From a virus, in IMG/VR virus record IMGVR_UViG_3300043571_000443, positions 1 through 64,000 of that record: a stretch of DNA of 64,000 nucleotides; one strand, given 5' to 3'. Under the pieces are notes generated by a model. That model was not told the origin of the DNA and made no database searches. It was given only the letters and a program-made list of their open reading frames with translations. The first letter of the stretch is position 1. Each line of letters starts with the position of its first letter. Made by a program: the position numbers and the translations under genes. Positions 17,229-27,532 of the stretch are shown piece after piece.

Positions 17229-17232
17229 GGGG

Positions 17233-17631
17233 TCAGATTCCTAAGAGAATGGGAACAGGTTGAAGAAGATTGATCGTCGTGGCTGAGACTGGCTGGGCTA
17301 GCACTAGCAGGATGCCCGTTGCCGGTGGCGTCTGGGTAAGCTGGCCATTGGTGCCCAAAAATATCGGGCTACCTCTGATCCAATTCCACACCGCATCGCT
17401 GATCTCGCCCAGTCGGTAGGCCACGCCTTCGGCGTCCTGGGGAACTGCATAGGGCAAGATGCCAGCGACTCGGTAGGCATGGCTGGGGGTGCTGCTATCT
17501 GCATAGGCAAACTGGCCAGCGTTGTCGAGAATCACCACCCTGAGGGCCGATAGGTTGATGCTGGCGGTAGCGGTGGTGACCGCATCACCGAGGTCAGGGA
17601 GTAATGAGACTGCCTTGTAAATAACGCCCAT
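17233..17631 (-). CDS. putative virion protein
   Basis: W.W..GSPIFLGTNGQLTQTPP; GGAGGAG RBS. Confidence 0.6.
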   Translation of the reverse strand: MGVIYKAVSLLPDLGDAVTTATASINLSALRVVILDNAGQFAYADSSTPSHAYRVAGILPYAVPQDAEGVAYRLGEISDAVWNWIRGSPIFLGTNGQLTQTPPATGILLVLAQPVSATTINLLQPVPILLGI

Positions 17632-17639
17632 AGCTCCTC

Positions 17640-20600
17640 CTATAGCACCAATGCGGTAAGATCGCTGAGCTGGCTATCCAGATTGGCGCTAGCCAGCCCT
17701 ACAGCTTGCCGGATCTCAGGACTGGTCAGACCTGTTGTTGCGCCAGTACCAAACACATCAGCGTTTAGGTTGATCGCATAGCTACTGGCGGCAATCCCGG
17801 TACTGCTGCCGGGGAACGTAATACTCCCGCCTGCAATGCTGAGGGGTGTCGTGCTGTTGGTATTTTCAACCTCTACCCGCCCCGCCTGGTAACTGGTGAA
17901 CGACAGCGCCTCTAGGGTGTCAAAGCTAGCCAGCCGAATGCCTGCTTCTGTGCTGCGCACCCAGCACCACCAAAGAAAAATATTCTGAATCAACTCAACG
18001 CCGTCAGTATCATTGGAATTGATCTGAAGAGTGCCCACACCCTCTAGGGCAATGGCAAACTGAGATAGGCCAGAGCCCGTATTAGCCGGGGTTAGTACGC
18101 CATATTTATTGCTTTGGATCTGGGTGCTGGCAACAATGGCTTCGTGGATAGGCTCTAAGACGGTTGGGCCGATAGCTGCACCCACGGTAATACCGCCTGT
18201 GATACTCCACACTAGCAGGCTGTCTCGGGTATCTAGGAAGCTGCCAGAGGTCGCTGTTCCGCCAGACTCCGCCCAGTAGGTGGCCTTAAGCCGTACCAGG
18301 GCACCATTGGGCAGGCTTAAGTTTTGGGCAAGGCCGCTGCCGCCAGACACCACGACATTGAACAGTTCAGTCTCAGCGGCTAGAGTAAAGTCACCACTGC
18401 CCTGGCTGGTAAAGTCTACCGGGGTGCTGGGAATATTGGCGATGCTAGCGAAAAGTTTACCGTCGCTCCAGTAATAGAAGCCACCATCCTTAAGGACATT
18501 ACTGGTGGTCGTGGGCAAGGTTGCGCCGCTATTGAGGCTAAAGCGTACCTGGGTCCAAGGGGCAGCGGTGGCAAAGGCCGCAGGACGCCCCTGGCTATCA
18601 TTGCCCAGGGTGATCGCATCGGTGGTGGTATTGATAGCGGTGCTGGCTACGGTGAAGCTTTGCACCCTGGCCGCATAGGCTCTGGATCCATCGGCAAAAT
18701 TAGGTGCAGTGAATCGGATCTGGGAAACAATGATGATCTTGGTAGGGTCGTAGATTAGCCCAGGGTCGCTGTAGGGAATGGTGAGGGTGAACGGTCCAAC
18801 ATTGTTAGCCGCCACCACATTCGCCCCCGTCTGGAGGATCAGATTGCTGCCAATGGTGGTGTTCTGGCTGATCGCCAGGGTAGCTCCGGAAGAGACGGTA
18901 AAATTATCGTTATAGGTAGCTTTACTGCTAAGCGTCAGAGTGGTGCCAGCGGCCATGGTAAAGCGATAGGTGCCGGTAATACCTGCCGTGGCCCCAGACA
19001 AGGTAAATCCTTCGTTAAATGTGCCCTCGGCGTCGTCGGTAGCTGTGTAGGCGTAGGGGTAAAATTCACCATTGGCATAGCCGGTGCTGCCGTCGCTATT
19101 GCGCAAGCTGATCAAGCTAGCGCCAATCACCAAAATAGAGAGTGCCTGGAATGCGGTGATCGCAGTAAATAGAGTCAGCGCACCATTGGCGGAGGTTTTG
19201 GTGATGGCCGGGGCAGTGGTATAGCTTTGGGTCAGCAGGTCAATGACCGTATTGAAGCGGTTGAGTTGATTTAGCCTAGCGATCCGGCTGTTATTGCCAG
19301 AGATGAAACTGTTGGCCGCATCGGTGCTGTTGTAGCTCAGCGCTAGGGGTGCGGTATAGGAGGGAATCTGGAAGCTGGATAGGTACTCCGGCAACGTATA
19401 TTGCCTGCTAGTGGGGGCGACCTGAGTGCCCTTCACGTTGACAGTCGCCGTGCCGTCAAAGGCGTCTAGGTTCAGCTCATAAGCATTAACGCCAGCGGTG
19501 GTCACAAAAGCGATCACGGTGCGGTTAGCCACGGTGTTATGGTAGAGCGCACCTAAAAGTGAGTCGGTAGCAGTAGTATTGTGCAGCCAATAAAACAATG
19601 CTGCGCTGGTGGGCACCGCATAGCCGCTGGAGTGCGCAATGGTTTGGCCGTTGATAGTAATGGTGCCGGTGCCATCAAAAATGTTGTCAGCAAAGCGGTA
19701 GAGCAGGTTAATGGTGTCCCCCGCTACCAGCAGGACTAAATCAGAACCCGCCTTTGTAAAACTTAGATGACGGGGCGTAGAAGCACTTAGCCCATTGGTG
19801 GTGAAGGTGGCCTTTACTGCTGGAGCGCTTGATACTGTTGCAGCATCAAAGGCGTAGAGAAATAGCTGATTAGTGGTGCTGGTGGCGATCAAATAGCTAG
19901 TGCCAGCTTTGTAATAAAAATCTAGGTCTCTAGCCGTAACATTGACTGAAAATACAGGGGTGGCGATGTTGTAATAGCCAATAGTAGTTTCGGCGTTGGG
20001 CGCAATGCTTGTCCCATTGACGGTCACCGAGCTGGTGCCATTGAAATTGGCAAGTATTAAATTACGATAAAACGTAGCGGTACTGGTATTGCGAATCGAG
20101 GCAAAGCCATTAGCAAGGTCCGTTGATAGGCGGGCAGCGCTAGGAAAGGCTACACTGGCTAACCGCAATCGGGCACTAACAAATTTGTTGCCAGCCCCCC
20201 AGAACTGTAGCGCATCACCAACGGCGACAGCGTTGGTCAGCCCTGGCGCAAAGGTAACCCTAGCTCGGGTGCCTGCATCAACTAGGTTCGTCCGAGGATT
20301 AACCACCGATACATTGTTGCTGGCGAAATTCACCACATAGATCCGATCACTGGTCGGCGCATAGGCAATGGCGAAAGGCGAACTGCCAACGGTGATAGTG
20401 GCTACGACTGCATTACTGACAGGATTAACCACCGATACATTGCCTTCATTCGCCACATAGATCCGATCACTAGTTGGCGCATAGCCAACGGCGATAGGCC
20501 CAGTGCCAACGGTGATAGTGGCTACGACCGCATTACTGACAGGATTGATCACCGATACATTGTTGGCGGTAGAATTCGCTACATAGATCCGATCACTAGT

Positions 20601-21686
20601 TGGCGCATAGCCAACGGCGCGAGGCCCAGTGCCAACGGTGATAGTGGCTACGACTGCATTAGTGACAGGATCAACCACCGATACATTGTTAGCGCTGTTA
20701 TTCGCCACATAGATCCGATCACTAGTTGGCGCATAGCCAACGGCCCGAGGCGTAGTGCCAACGGTGATAGTGGCTACGACCGCATTAGTGACAGGATTAA
20801 TTACCGACACATTCTGGCCGCTTTGATTCGCCACATAGATCCGATCACTAGTTGGCGCATAGGCAACGGCGAAAGGCCCAGTGCCAACGGTGATAGTGGC
20901 TACGACCGCATTGGTATCAGGATTAACTACCGATACATTGTTGGTGGTAAGATTCGCCACATAGATCCGATCACTAGTTGGCGCATAGCCAACGGCGCGA
21001 GGCCCAGTGCCAACGGTGATAGTGGCTACGACCGCATTACTGACAGGATTGATCACCGATACATTGTTAGCGCTGTTATTCGCCACATAGATCCGATCAC
21101 TAGTTGGCGCATAGCTAACGGCGAAAGGCTGAGTGCCAACGGCGATGGTGCCGGACAGTGCAATAATGCTAGCCGCTGACAGGGTATGAGTCGTTGCACC
21201 ACCAGCCACCGTGAAGCTATCGCCTACCGTTGGCGCAGTCTGAAAGGTGCCATTGCCGTTGTTGAGGTCCAGCGTAGTGCTACCCGCCAATAGGTTAGCG
21301 GCAGTCGTCCCGGCATCTACCAAAATGACTGCACAGCCACCCACGACCGTTGATGGGTCAAAGGCATAGCACCAAATATTGCCCCGATCTCCAGCGGTTA
21401 GCAAATAGCCTACGCCGCCTGAAAAGAAAAATTGTAGGTCAGAGCTAGTCGTGTCATTGGTTTGCCTAAATTGACCTTGGCGATTTGCTTCAGTAAAAGT
21501 GCCGCCATTGCGAAAGTCGCCCCGCCAAAAAGAAACTAGGCTGCCAAGTCCTGCAAACACTAGGCTATTGTTCGGCGCTGCATCGTTAAACCAATACACT
21601 AAGCTTTGATTGGCAAGGATAGGATCAGCCGCATAGGTGGCATTCGCAGGGGTAACTTCAGCCGTCAGGGCGGTATTGACGCTCAT
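17640..21686 (-). CDS. large adhesin-like virion protein with a YVTN beta-propeller
   Basis: 1348 aa, Ala/Thr/Ser-rich; seven TITVG..P.AV.YAPTSDRIYVAN repeats. Confidence 0.75.
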   Translation of the reverse strand: MSVNTALTAEVTPANATYAADPILANQSLVYWFNDAAPNNSLVFAGLGSLVSFWRGDFRNGGTFTEANRQGQFRQTNDTTSSDLQFFFSGGVGYLLTAGDRGNIWCYAFDPSTVVGGCAVILVDAGTTAANLLAGSTTLDLNNGNGTFQTAPTVGDSFTVAGGATTHTLSAASIIALSGTIAVGTQPFAVSYAPTSDRIYVANNSANNVSVINPVSNAVVATITVGTGPRAVGYAPTSDRIYVANLTTNNVSVVNPDTNAVVATITVGTGPFAVAYAPTSDRIYVANQSGQNVSVINPVTNAVVATITVGTTPRAVGYAPTSDRIYVANNSANNVSVVDPVTNAVVATITVGTGPRAVGYAPTSDRIYVANSTANNVSVINPVSNAVVATITVGTGPIAVGYAPTSDRIYVANEGNVSVVNPVSNAVVATITVGSSPFAIAYAPTSDRIYVVNFASNNVSVVNPRTNLVDAGTRARVTFAPGLTNAVAVGDALQFWGAGNKFVSARLRLASVAFPSAARLSTDLANGFASIRNTSTATFYRNLILANFNGTSSVTVNGTSIAPNAETTIGYYNIATPVFSVNVTARDLDFYYKAGTSYLIATSTTNQLFLYAFDAATVSSAPAVKATFTTNGLSASTPRHLSFTKAGSDLVLLVAGDTINLLYRFADNIFDGTGTITINGQTIAHSSGYAVPTSAALFYWLHNTTATDSLLGALYHNTVANRTVIAFVTTAGVNAYELNLDAFDGTATVNVKGTQVAPTSRQYTLPEYLSSFQIPSYTAPLALSYNSTDAANSFISGNNSRIARLNQLNRFNTVIDLLTQSYTTAPAITKTSANGALTLFTAITAFQALSILVIGASLISLRNSDGSTGYANGEFYPYAYTATDDAEGTFNEGFTLSGATAGITGTYRFTMAAGTTLTLSSKATYNDNFTVSSGATLAISQNTTIGSNLILQTGANVVAANNVGPFTLTIPYSDPGLIYDPTKIIIVSQIRFTAPNFADGSRAYAARVQSFTVASTAINTTTDAITLGNDSQGRPAAFATAAPWTQVRFSLNSGATLPTTTSNVLKDGGFYYWSDGKLFASIANIPSTPVDFTSQGSGDFTLAAETELFNVVVSGGSGLAQNLSLPNGALVRLKATYWAESGGTATSGSFLDTRDSLLVWSITGGITVGAAIGPTVLEPIHEAIVASTQIQSNKYGVLTPANTGSGLSQFAIALEGVGTLQINSNDTDGVELIQNIFLWWCWVRSTEAGIRLASFDTLEALSFTSYQAGRVEVENTNSTTPLSIAGGSITFPGSSTGIAASSYAINLNADVFGTGATTGLTSPEIRQAVGLASANLDSQLSDLTALVL
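20280..21150 (-). repeat. 7 tandem coding repeats of about 126 bp (YVTN blades)
   Basis: Recurring ACATAGATCCGATCACT; one blade is 6 bp shorter; boundaries approximate. Confidence 0.9.
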
Positions 21687-22387
21687 GATGTCGCCTCACT
21701 TAGGTAATACTCTAAAGCCCCTTCTCCGCCCCAATAACGCCCAGTCGCTAGATCGTAGTGCCTACATTGCACCGCACGATGGATCATGATTGGAATATCA
21801 AGCTGGTGGCAGCGATGGCAAAACCAGCCATCCTCACCAATCGGTGTTTCTCCTAGGTTGGCCGTCGCCCATACAATCGGCATCTCTGGATCATCTGCCT
21901 GCATCTGGCGAAACACATCACAGTGAATCAGCAAACAAGCAAACCCTGTCACCCAATTGCAAGGCACAATCTCGTCAGCATAGGATAGGTCGGGATAGTA
22001 AAGCCGGTTGTTTTTACTGCAAATAGTGACTGGCAATAATGGATCTTGCTTGAGGGGCACCACTCCGCCAATCACCGGGTAGCCGTGCATCCTGGCGGCA
22101 TAGAAAAGCTGCGCCAGTCCATGGAAGGGCACCACCGTGTCATCATCAACAAACCATAGATACTCTGCATTGTCATCCAGTGCCTTCTGAATTAAGGCAG
22201 TGCGAGCCTCTACGGTATTAAGCCCATCAGTACTGCCATAGCGAATGATCGTGCCATAGGGCCACGCTAGCCCCTCCATCTGGGGCAAGTTCTGTAGCAA
22301 TGGCTGAGACGCATCGCGGCGCGGCTGGGCGATAAAAATGTTAGGCGCTAAATCTTGGATTGCTGTACCAAAAGGGTCTTTAGCCAC
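21683..22387 (-). CDS. GT-A (family 2-like) glycosyltransferase
   Basis: EART, YLWFVDDD, TGFACLLIH..VF, GEDGWFC, CRH. Confidence 0.8.
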   Translation of the reverse strand: MAKDPFGTAIQDLAPNIFIAQPRRDASQPLLQNLPQMEGLAWPYGTIIRYGSTDGLNTVEARTALIQKALDDNAEYLWFVDDDTVVPFHGLAQLFYAARMHGYPVIGGVVPLKQDPLLPVTICSKNNRLYYPDLSYADEIVPCNWVTGFACLLIHCDVFRQMQADDPEMPIVWATANLGETPIGEDGWFCHRCHQLDIPIMIHRAVQCRHYDLATGRYWGGEGALEYYLSEATS

Positions 22388-22557
22388 TAAAGTACCCCCA
22401 ATTTAGTCCACATCTAGTCCAGTCCTTGCACTGCTCCACCACAACCCCGCCATATTCGGGGCTTTCAAGGCTTGAATAGTTGCGGGGAGAGCAGTTAGTA
22501 CCCATGTTCTCGTCTATGGCCCTACTTTTCCTGTTCACTCCTCCATAGTGTGCCCAA

Positions 22558-22844
22558 TGTGCCAGTTGCGATGTGCCAGTTACGCGACTAAGCAATTATC
22601 CTTAGCCTGTGCCAGTTGGTTGTGACAATCGGCCTATGTGCCAGTTGGGCAAGCCAAGCTAACCCGGTTTTCGTTCTCACTATTCCCAATGTGAGACACT
22701 GTAACGAGACTTCAAGGGTTTCAGGCTGTCTCACGCTGTCTTACGGGCTGAAAGCCAGTGCCAGCGGCTAGGATGGCGTAAACGCGTTATTTCTACCTTA
22801 TAAAATACAAATTAGTTAAGGTAAAATGGTTTTGAACTGGCACA
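22558..22844. promoter_or_regulatory. candidate recombination site: TGTGCCAGTT x4, one inverted copy and an inverted core
   Basis: Direct copies at 22558, 22572, 22608, 22637; inverted at 22835; TTCTACCTTA-N16-TAAGGTAAAA at 22791-22826; directly upstream of a recombinase. Confidence 0.5.
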
Positions 22845-22864
22845 CTTACAAAGGATGATCACCC

Positions 22865-23407
22865 ATGGCAGGACAAGCCAAAGTATTAACCCAAGACGAG
22901 ATAGACGCACTCCTGTACCATTGCTCCAGTCCTCGGGACCGGGCGCTGATCGGGTGCATGTTATTTTGTGGCCTGCGAGTAGCCGAAGCGGTGGCCCTCA
23001 GTCCGAGTGATATAAAAGGAGGGATGCTTGTACTACCCAAGGCTAAGACCAAGGGCAAGCTAGCCAGCCGGTCCATTCCGGTGCATCCTAGCCTGGCCAT
23101 GCTGCTGCGACAGTACGGCCCACCCCAGGGCGAGTACCTATTCCCTGGCCGCCATGGCCGGGGCCACCTGCACCCCGCTAGCGCCAGCCAAGTGATCCAA
23201 GATTGCCTTACCCTAGCTGGACTCTCCGGGCTGGGCATCACCACCCATAGCTTCAGGCGCACTGCCTTGACGAAGCTGAGTAATGCTGGAGTACCCCTGC
23301 GGGTGATCCAGCAGATCAGCGGCCATAAAAGCCTGGCCAGCCTGCAGTTGTACCTGCAAGTCACGCCAGACCAGGTGGAGTCGGCGGTGCTGGCGGCGTT
23401 TAGTTGA
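22865..23407 (+). CDS. tyrosine recombinase, catalytic domain only (180 aa)
   Basis: RDRAL, CGLRVAEA, KTK, THSFRRT, QISGH.SL..LQ.Y. Confidence 0.92.
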   Translation: MAGQAKVLTQDEIDALLYHCSSPRDRALIGCMLFCGLRVAEAVALSPSDIKGGMLVLPKAKTKGKLASRSIPVHPSLAMLLRQYGPPQGEYLFPGRHGRGHLHPASASQVIQDCLTLAGLSGLGITTHSFRRTALTKLSNAGVPLRVIQQISGHKSLASLQLYLQVTPDQVESAVLAAFS

Positions 23408-23501
23408 CTCCCACCATTGTGGGACATACACCATCTGGCCGAAGCACCCCCACCATTGTGGGGCCTGCACCCTCTGGCCGAGCCACCCCCACCGCAGTGG
23501 G
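23402..23501 (-). CRISPR. Array F: three minimal repeats with two related 15-nt spacers
   Basis: Spacers GCCAGAGGGTGCAGG and GCCAGATGGTGTATG; handles GTGGCTCG and GTGCTTCG. Confidence 0.8.
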
Positions 23502-23691
23502 CAAGCTAAGGCTAGCATGAGGGGACTGCATTATGAAAATCCAACTTGACTGGCTTGTATACCCGGCCCTATTCCTGGGCGGTGGCCTCTACGGCGGTTT
23601 CTGTGCCTGGCTGTGGCAGCGCACCCGCATCATTGTCATGGAGCGCCGCTACAACCGCATGTATCGAAGCTGGTTAAAGCAACGATGGGAA

Positions 23692-24003
23692 CTACTCGAC
23701 AAGCATCGCTGACCCGTCGCCAGCTAGCTGAGGCGGTGTCCCTGCTAGAACAGCACTGGCCAGCCCTGACGGCACAGCAGGCCCAGGCGCTACAGCGCAT
23801 TTTGGCGAAGCTGGGGCCACTACCGTGAGCAGGCGTAGCCCGATCTGTTGCACCACCTCGGAGCGGCTCAGGCCGAGTTCCTTGGCAACCTGATCCAGGC
23901 CTTCCCAGGCCTCGTCAGTCATGCCCAAACTTCTTTCCTTTTTGCGGTGGCCCCAAAAAGCCTTGCGGGGCCGCAGGTTGGGGTAGATGATGTCTGGTGG
24001 CAT
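23692..24003 (-). CDS. RHH/CopG-like DNA-binding protein
   Basis: RSLGMTDEAWEGLDQVAKELGLSRSEVVQQI. Confidence 0.65.
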   Translation of the reverse strand: MPPDIIYPNLRPRKAFWGHRKKERSLGMTDEAWEGLDQVAKELGLSRSEVVQQIGLRLLTVVAPASPKCAVAPGPAVPSGLASAVLAGTPPQLAGDGSAMLVE

Positions 24004-24056
24004 AAGGGTTCTCCAATTTACCCCTACTATACAGCATGGCCAGCGGAAAGGCTACC

Positions 24057-24620
24057 CTACAGCTTCCACACCCACAGCAGCAGTGCCGCTAGCCCGCCAC
24101 TGGTGACCAGCATGATCCATTGCACGAATAGCGGTTGCTTGGTCCACCAGGCCCAGATGGACTCCACCCATTCTGCCCACCATGGACGGGCACCCCGGGG
24201 TGCATCGCCGGTTACCTCAGTGTGGTGCTGCTCCTGCTTGACTGGCTCAGCCATTAGCTTTGTCCCGCTAGTGTCATCATCATCATGGGAAACCCGGTAG
24301 ACCAGCCCGCCTAGCCATAGTATGTCCTTCTCCATCAGGTCCACCCATAGGCCAGGCTTCAGCGCTCGACTGTTAATATAGGTGCCATTGGTGCTAAAGC
24401 CATCCTTCAGTTCCCACAGCCACACCCGATCCCCCGCCTGGGTAACATCGGTGGCCCGTAGCTCTGCGTGTCGCTTCGAGAGTCGTGAGTCTATAATGTG
24501 AATATCGCATTGTGGATCCCGGCCAATACTCCACAGTCCAGCGGGGGGCGGCCAGGATCCATCCAGCACCCAGTAGGGGTGTTGGCCATCGACTGGGTGT
24601 AGGCAAAGTTTGCGGGTCAT
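24057..24620 (-). CDS. FHA-domain membrane protein
   Basis: IGRDPQCDI, LSKRHA, D.FSTNGTYIN; C-terminal TM segment. Confidence 0.85.
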   Translation of the reverse strand: MTRKLCLHPVDGQHPYWVLDGSWPPPAGLWSIGRDPQCDIHIIDSRLSKRHAELRATDVTQAGDRVWLWELKDGFSTNGTYINSRALKPGLWVDLMEKDILWLGGLVYRVSHDDDDTSGTKLMAEPVKQEQHHTEVTGDAPRGARPWWAEWVESIWAWWTKQPLFVQWIMLVTSGGLAALLLWVWKL

Positions 24621-24705
24621 GGCTATAGAATGCCCAGCCCACCCATCCTGGGGAATGCTGAGAATGTTGTCAGTCCCTACCCGGCCTAGGCCGGGTTTCC
24701 TGCCA

Positions 24706-26016
24706 ATGGCCACCCTCGGCGCACTAGAGCTCAGAGCAGAATGGAAGAAATGGTTAGTCGCCAGCTATGCTGCGGTGCCCACCGACTCGGTGGACCTCGA
24801 CAAACTAGCCAGGAACCTGCTGCCCTGGGCCCAGCCATTGCTAGAGCCACGCCGGTACAAATGCCTATGGGGTGGCCGCGGATCGGGTAAGTCCACCGCT
24901 GCGGCTGATGCGCTGCTGATCGAAGGGGCCCGGCGTAAGTGTCGGGTGCTATGCGCCAGGGAATTTCAGGTGTCCATCAAGGACTCGGTTCACCATCTGC
25001 TAAAGCAACGCATTGAAGACCTGGGGCTGGAGTCCGTGTACTCTGTCCAGGAGGCCCAGATCCTTGGCCCACGTGGCACCCAGTTTATTTTCAAAGGGCT
25101 GCGCCATAACATTAGCTCCATCAAGTCGATCAGCGGCATCACCCATTGCTGGGTAGAAGAGGCCCAAACGATCAGCCAAAAAAGCTGGAATGATCTGGTG
25201 CCATCTATCCGGGCCCCAGGTTCTGAGATCTGGGTAACCTTTAATCCATATCAAAAGACGGATCCTATCTATCAAACCTTCCTGATCAACCCTGGCCAGC
25301 TGGGCGGTGGTAGCTACATCCAGCGGGTGAACTGGGATCTTAACCCGTACTTTCCGCCAGAGCTAGACGCTGAACGCCAAGCGATGCAGGCCACCGATCC
25401 TGATCTTTACCAACACATCTGGGAAGGAGAATGCCTGGAAAATGCAGACTCCCAGGTGCTATATGGCAAGTGGATTGTGGATGAGTTCAAGCCTGCCGCT
25501 GACTGGCAGGGGCCGTACTTTGGTGCTGACTGGGGCTTTGCTGCAGACCCGACCGCTGCGGTTAAGTGCTGGATCCATGGCAACCGGCTTTATGTGGAGC
25601 AAGAAAGCTATGCCCACCGGCTAGAGCTAGACGAAACAGCTAAGCGCTGGATTCGAGATATTCCAGGCATCGACGGCCATGTAGTGCGGGTGGACAATTC
25701 CAGGCCAGAAAGCATCAGCCATGTTAGCCGCCGCGGCATTCCCAGGCTGACAGCGGTGCGCAAGTGGCCGGGCAGTGTCGAAGACGGCATTGCCTACCTG
25801 CGCAACTTTGAGAAGGTTGTCATCCACCCTCGCTGCTCCAATATGGCAACTGAGGCCCGGCTGTACTCTTACAAAGTAGACAAGCTAAGCGGCGACATCC
25901 TGCCTCAGGTAATTGACGCCAACAACCACTTGATGGATGCGCTGCGCTATGCGCTGGGGCCCATGATCCAGCAACGGCAGACTGGCATGGCTCAGTCAGT
26001 GGCTGTATGGGGCTAG
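24706..26016 (+). CDS. terL: terminase large subunit (PBSX family)
   Basis: GGRGSGKS, WVEEAQ, TFNP, DWGF..DP, NHLMDALRY; start uncertain (ORF opens at 24610). Confidence 0.95.
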   Translation: MATLGALELRAEWKKWLVASYAAVPTDSVDLDKLARNLLPWAQPLLEPRRYKCLWGGRGSGKSTAAADALLIEGARRKCRVLCAREFQVSIKDSVHHLLKQRIEDLGLESVYSVQEAQILGPRGTQFIFKGLRHNISSIKSISGITHCWVEEAQTISQKSWNDLVPSIRAPGSEIWVTFNPYQKTDPIYQTFLINPGQLGGGSYIQRVNWDLNPYFPPELDAERQAMQATDPDLYQHIWEGECLENADSQVLYGKWIVDEFKPAADWQGPYFGADWGFAADPTAAVKCWIHGNRLYVEQESYAHRLELDETAKRWIRDIPGIDGHVVRVDNSRPESISHVSRRGIPRLTAVRKWPGSVEDGIAYLRNFEKVVIHPRCSNMATEARLYSYKVDKLSGDILPQVIDANNHLMDALRYALGPMIQQRQTGMAQSVAVWG

Positions 26017-26030
26017 GGCACACTATCAGC

Positions 26031-27527
26031 ATGAATGATCCATCCCTCCCTAACTACCACGACCCTGCGTTAAAAAAGCTGCAGCCAGCGCTGAAGCTAT
26101 GCTTTGACGTATGGAATGGGCTCTATGGGCTCAAGGCTGACTACCTGCCCCAGGCTAGCCGGGAACCCCGGGCCGCCTACGATGATCGGGTGAACCGGGC
26201 CGTATTCAACAACAAATACCGGGCCCAGGTGGAAAGCATCAGCGGCTTGCTGACAGCCTTCGACGTTGAGGGCTACCCGGCCAGCTTCGAGCAAGCTGAA
26301 GCGGATGGCCTATACCTGGACGGTAATGGATCCGACTGGACTAGCTTTTTACGCCAAGCGGATGAACTAGCCCTGCGGGATGGGCTAGTGTATGTGCTGA
26401 CCAATAATGTGCAGCTGAGCCCGGAGGATGCCGCCACCCGCACCGCCGCCGACCGTCGCACCTACCCGCAATGGACGCTGGTAGATCGGCGTAATGTGAT
26501 CAACTGGCGGGGGGAGTTGCGTAATGGATCCATGGTGCTCACCCAGGTCACCCTTGTCATGCACCGGGATCAGACCGTTGGCAGCTATGGATCCATCAGT
26601 GAGCCCTATTACCATACTTTTCGGCTGCTTCCGGGTGATGGCGGTGTCAGCCTGACGGTGGCCCGCATCAGTGACCGTGGGGCGGTGGATATTGTGGACG
26701 AACGCACCGCACCAGTCCAACGGATCCCGCTCCAGGCCTACCCGGATGTGACCAACCCATTCCCCCATGACGGCGACCTGCAGCTACCGTACCTACTGAA
26801 AGCAGCCGAGCTAAACATTAAGCTATTCCGCCAAGAGTCTAGCCTAGATACAATCCAGTATCGGGTAAATGCGCCCACGGTCTATCGGGTAAGCAGCATG
26901 GACTTTACCCAGCGGCCACCGATCATTTTTGGACCCAACCATGTGATCGAGCTGATGCGGGACAGCAATACCACTGCTGCTGGCGAGGACTCGGTAGGGG
27001 TCATCGAGATTACTGGCCAGGGCATTGCTGAACTACGGGAAAGCTGCAACGAAACCCGCCGCGCCATCGACGAAGAAGGGGTAGGGTTCATTGGTGGTGG
27101 CAGTGTCCAGCGATCTGCAACAGAGGCCTACCTAGCCGCCAGCCGATCCAGTGCCAGCCTGAATGGCTATGCTAGGGCCAAAAGCCAGGCTGTCAAAGCG
27201 CTGGTGGCCGACTGGTGCCTATTTACTGGCGAAGACCCCAGTGACGTTGAAGTTGAGATGGATCAGTCTGTTCTGGAGATGCCGCTCGATGCCCAGGAGA
27301 TGGGCGCATTGCTAGGCCTATGGCAAGCAGGCGCTATCGACCATCAAACCTTGCTGGAGCTATTGCGGATGGGTCGCCAGCTGCCGCCTGGTGTCGATAT
27401 TGAAGAGATCATGGAGCGGGTAGCGGTGGAACGCGATGCCGCCATGCCGGGGGCGTCGGAGGTGATTAACGGGATCCTGATGCCAGCCAGCCAGCCCGGG
27501 CAACCTGAAGCTGTACCTGAAGACTGA
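26031..27527 (+). CDS. portal protein (DUF4055-like)
   Basis: Follows terL; YLPQ..RE...Y..R..RA.F.N motif. Confidence 0.85.
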   Translation: MNDPSLPNYHDPALKKLQPALKLCFDVWNGLYGLKADYLPQASREPRAAYDDRVNRAVFNNKYRAQVESISGLLTAFDVEGYPASFEQAEADGLYLDGNGSDWTSFLRQADELALRDGLVYVLTNNVQLSPEDAATRTAADRRTYPQWTLVDRRNVINWRGELRNGSMVLTQVTLVMHRDQTVGSYGSISEPYYHTFRLLPGDGGVSLTVARISDRGAVDIVDERTAPVQRIPLQAYPDVTNPFPHDGDLQLPYLLKAAELNIKLFRQESSLDTIQYRVNAPTVYRVSSMDFTQRPPIIFGPNHVIELMRDSNTTAAGEDSVGVIEITGQGIAELRESCNETRRAIDEEGVGFIGGGSVQRSATEAYLAASRSSASLNGYARAKSQAVKALVADWCLFTGEDPSDVEVEMDQSVLEMPLDAQEMGALLGLWQAGAIDHQTLLELLRMGRQLPPGVDIEEIMERVAVERDAAMPGASEVINGILMPASQPGQPEAVPED

Positions 27528-27532
27528 CAACT

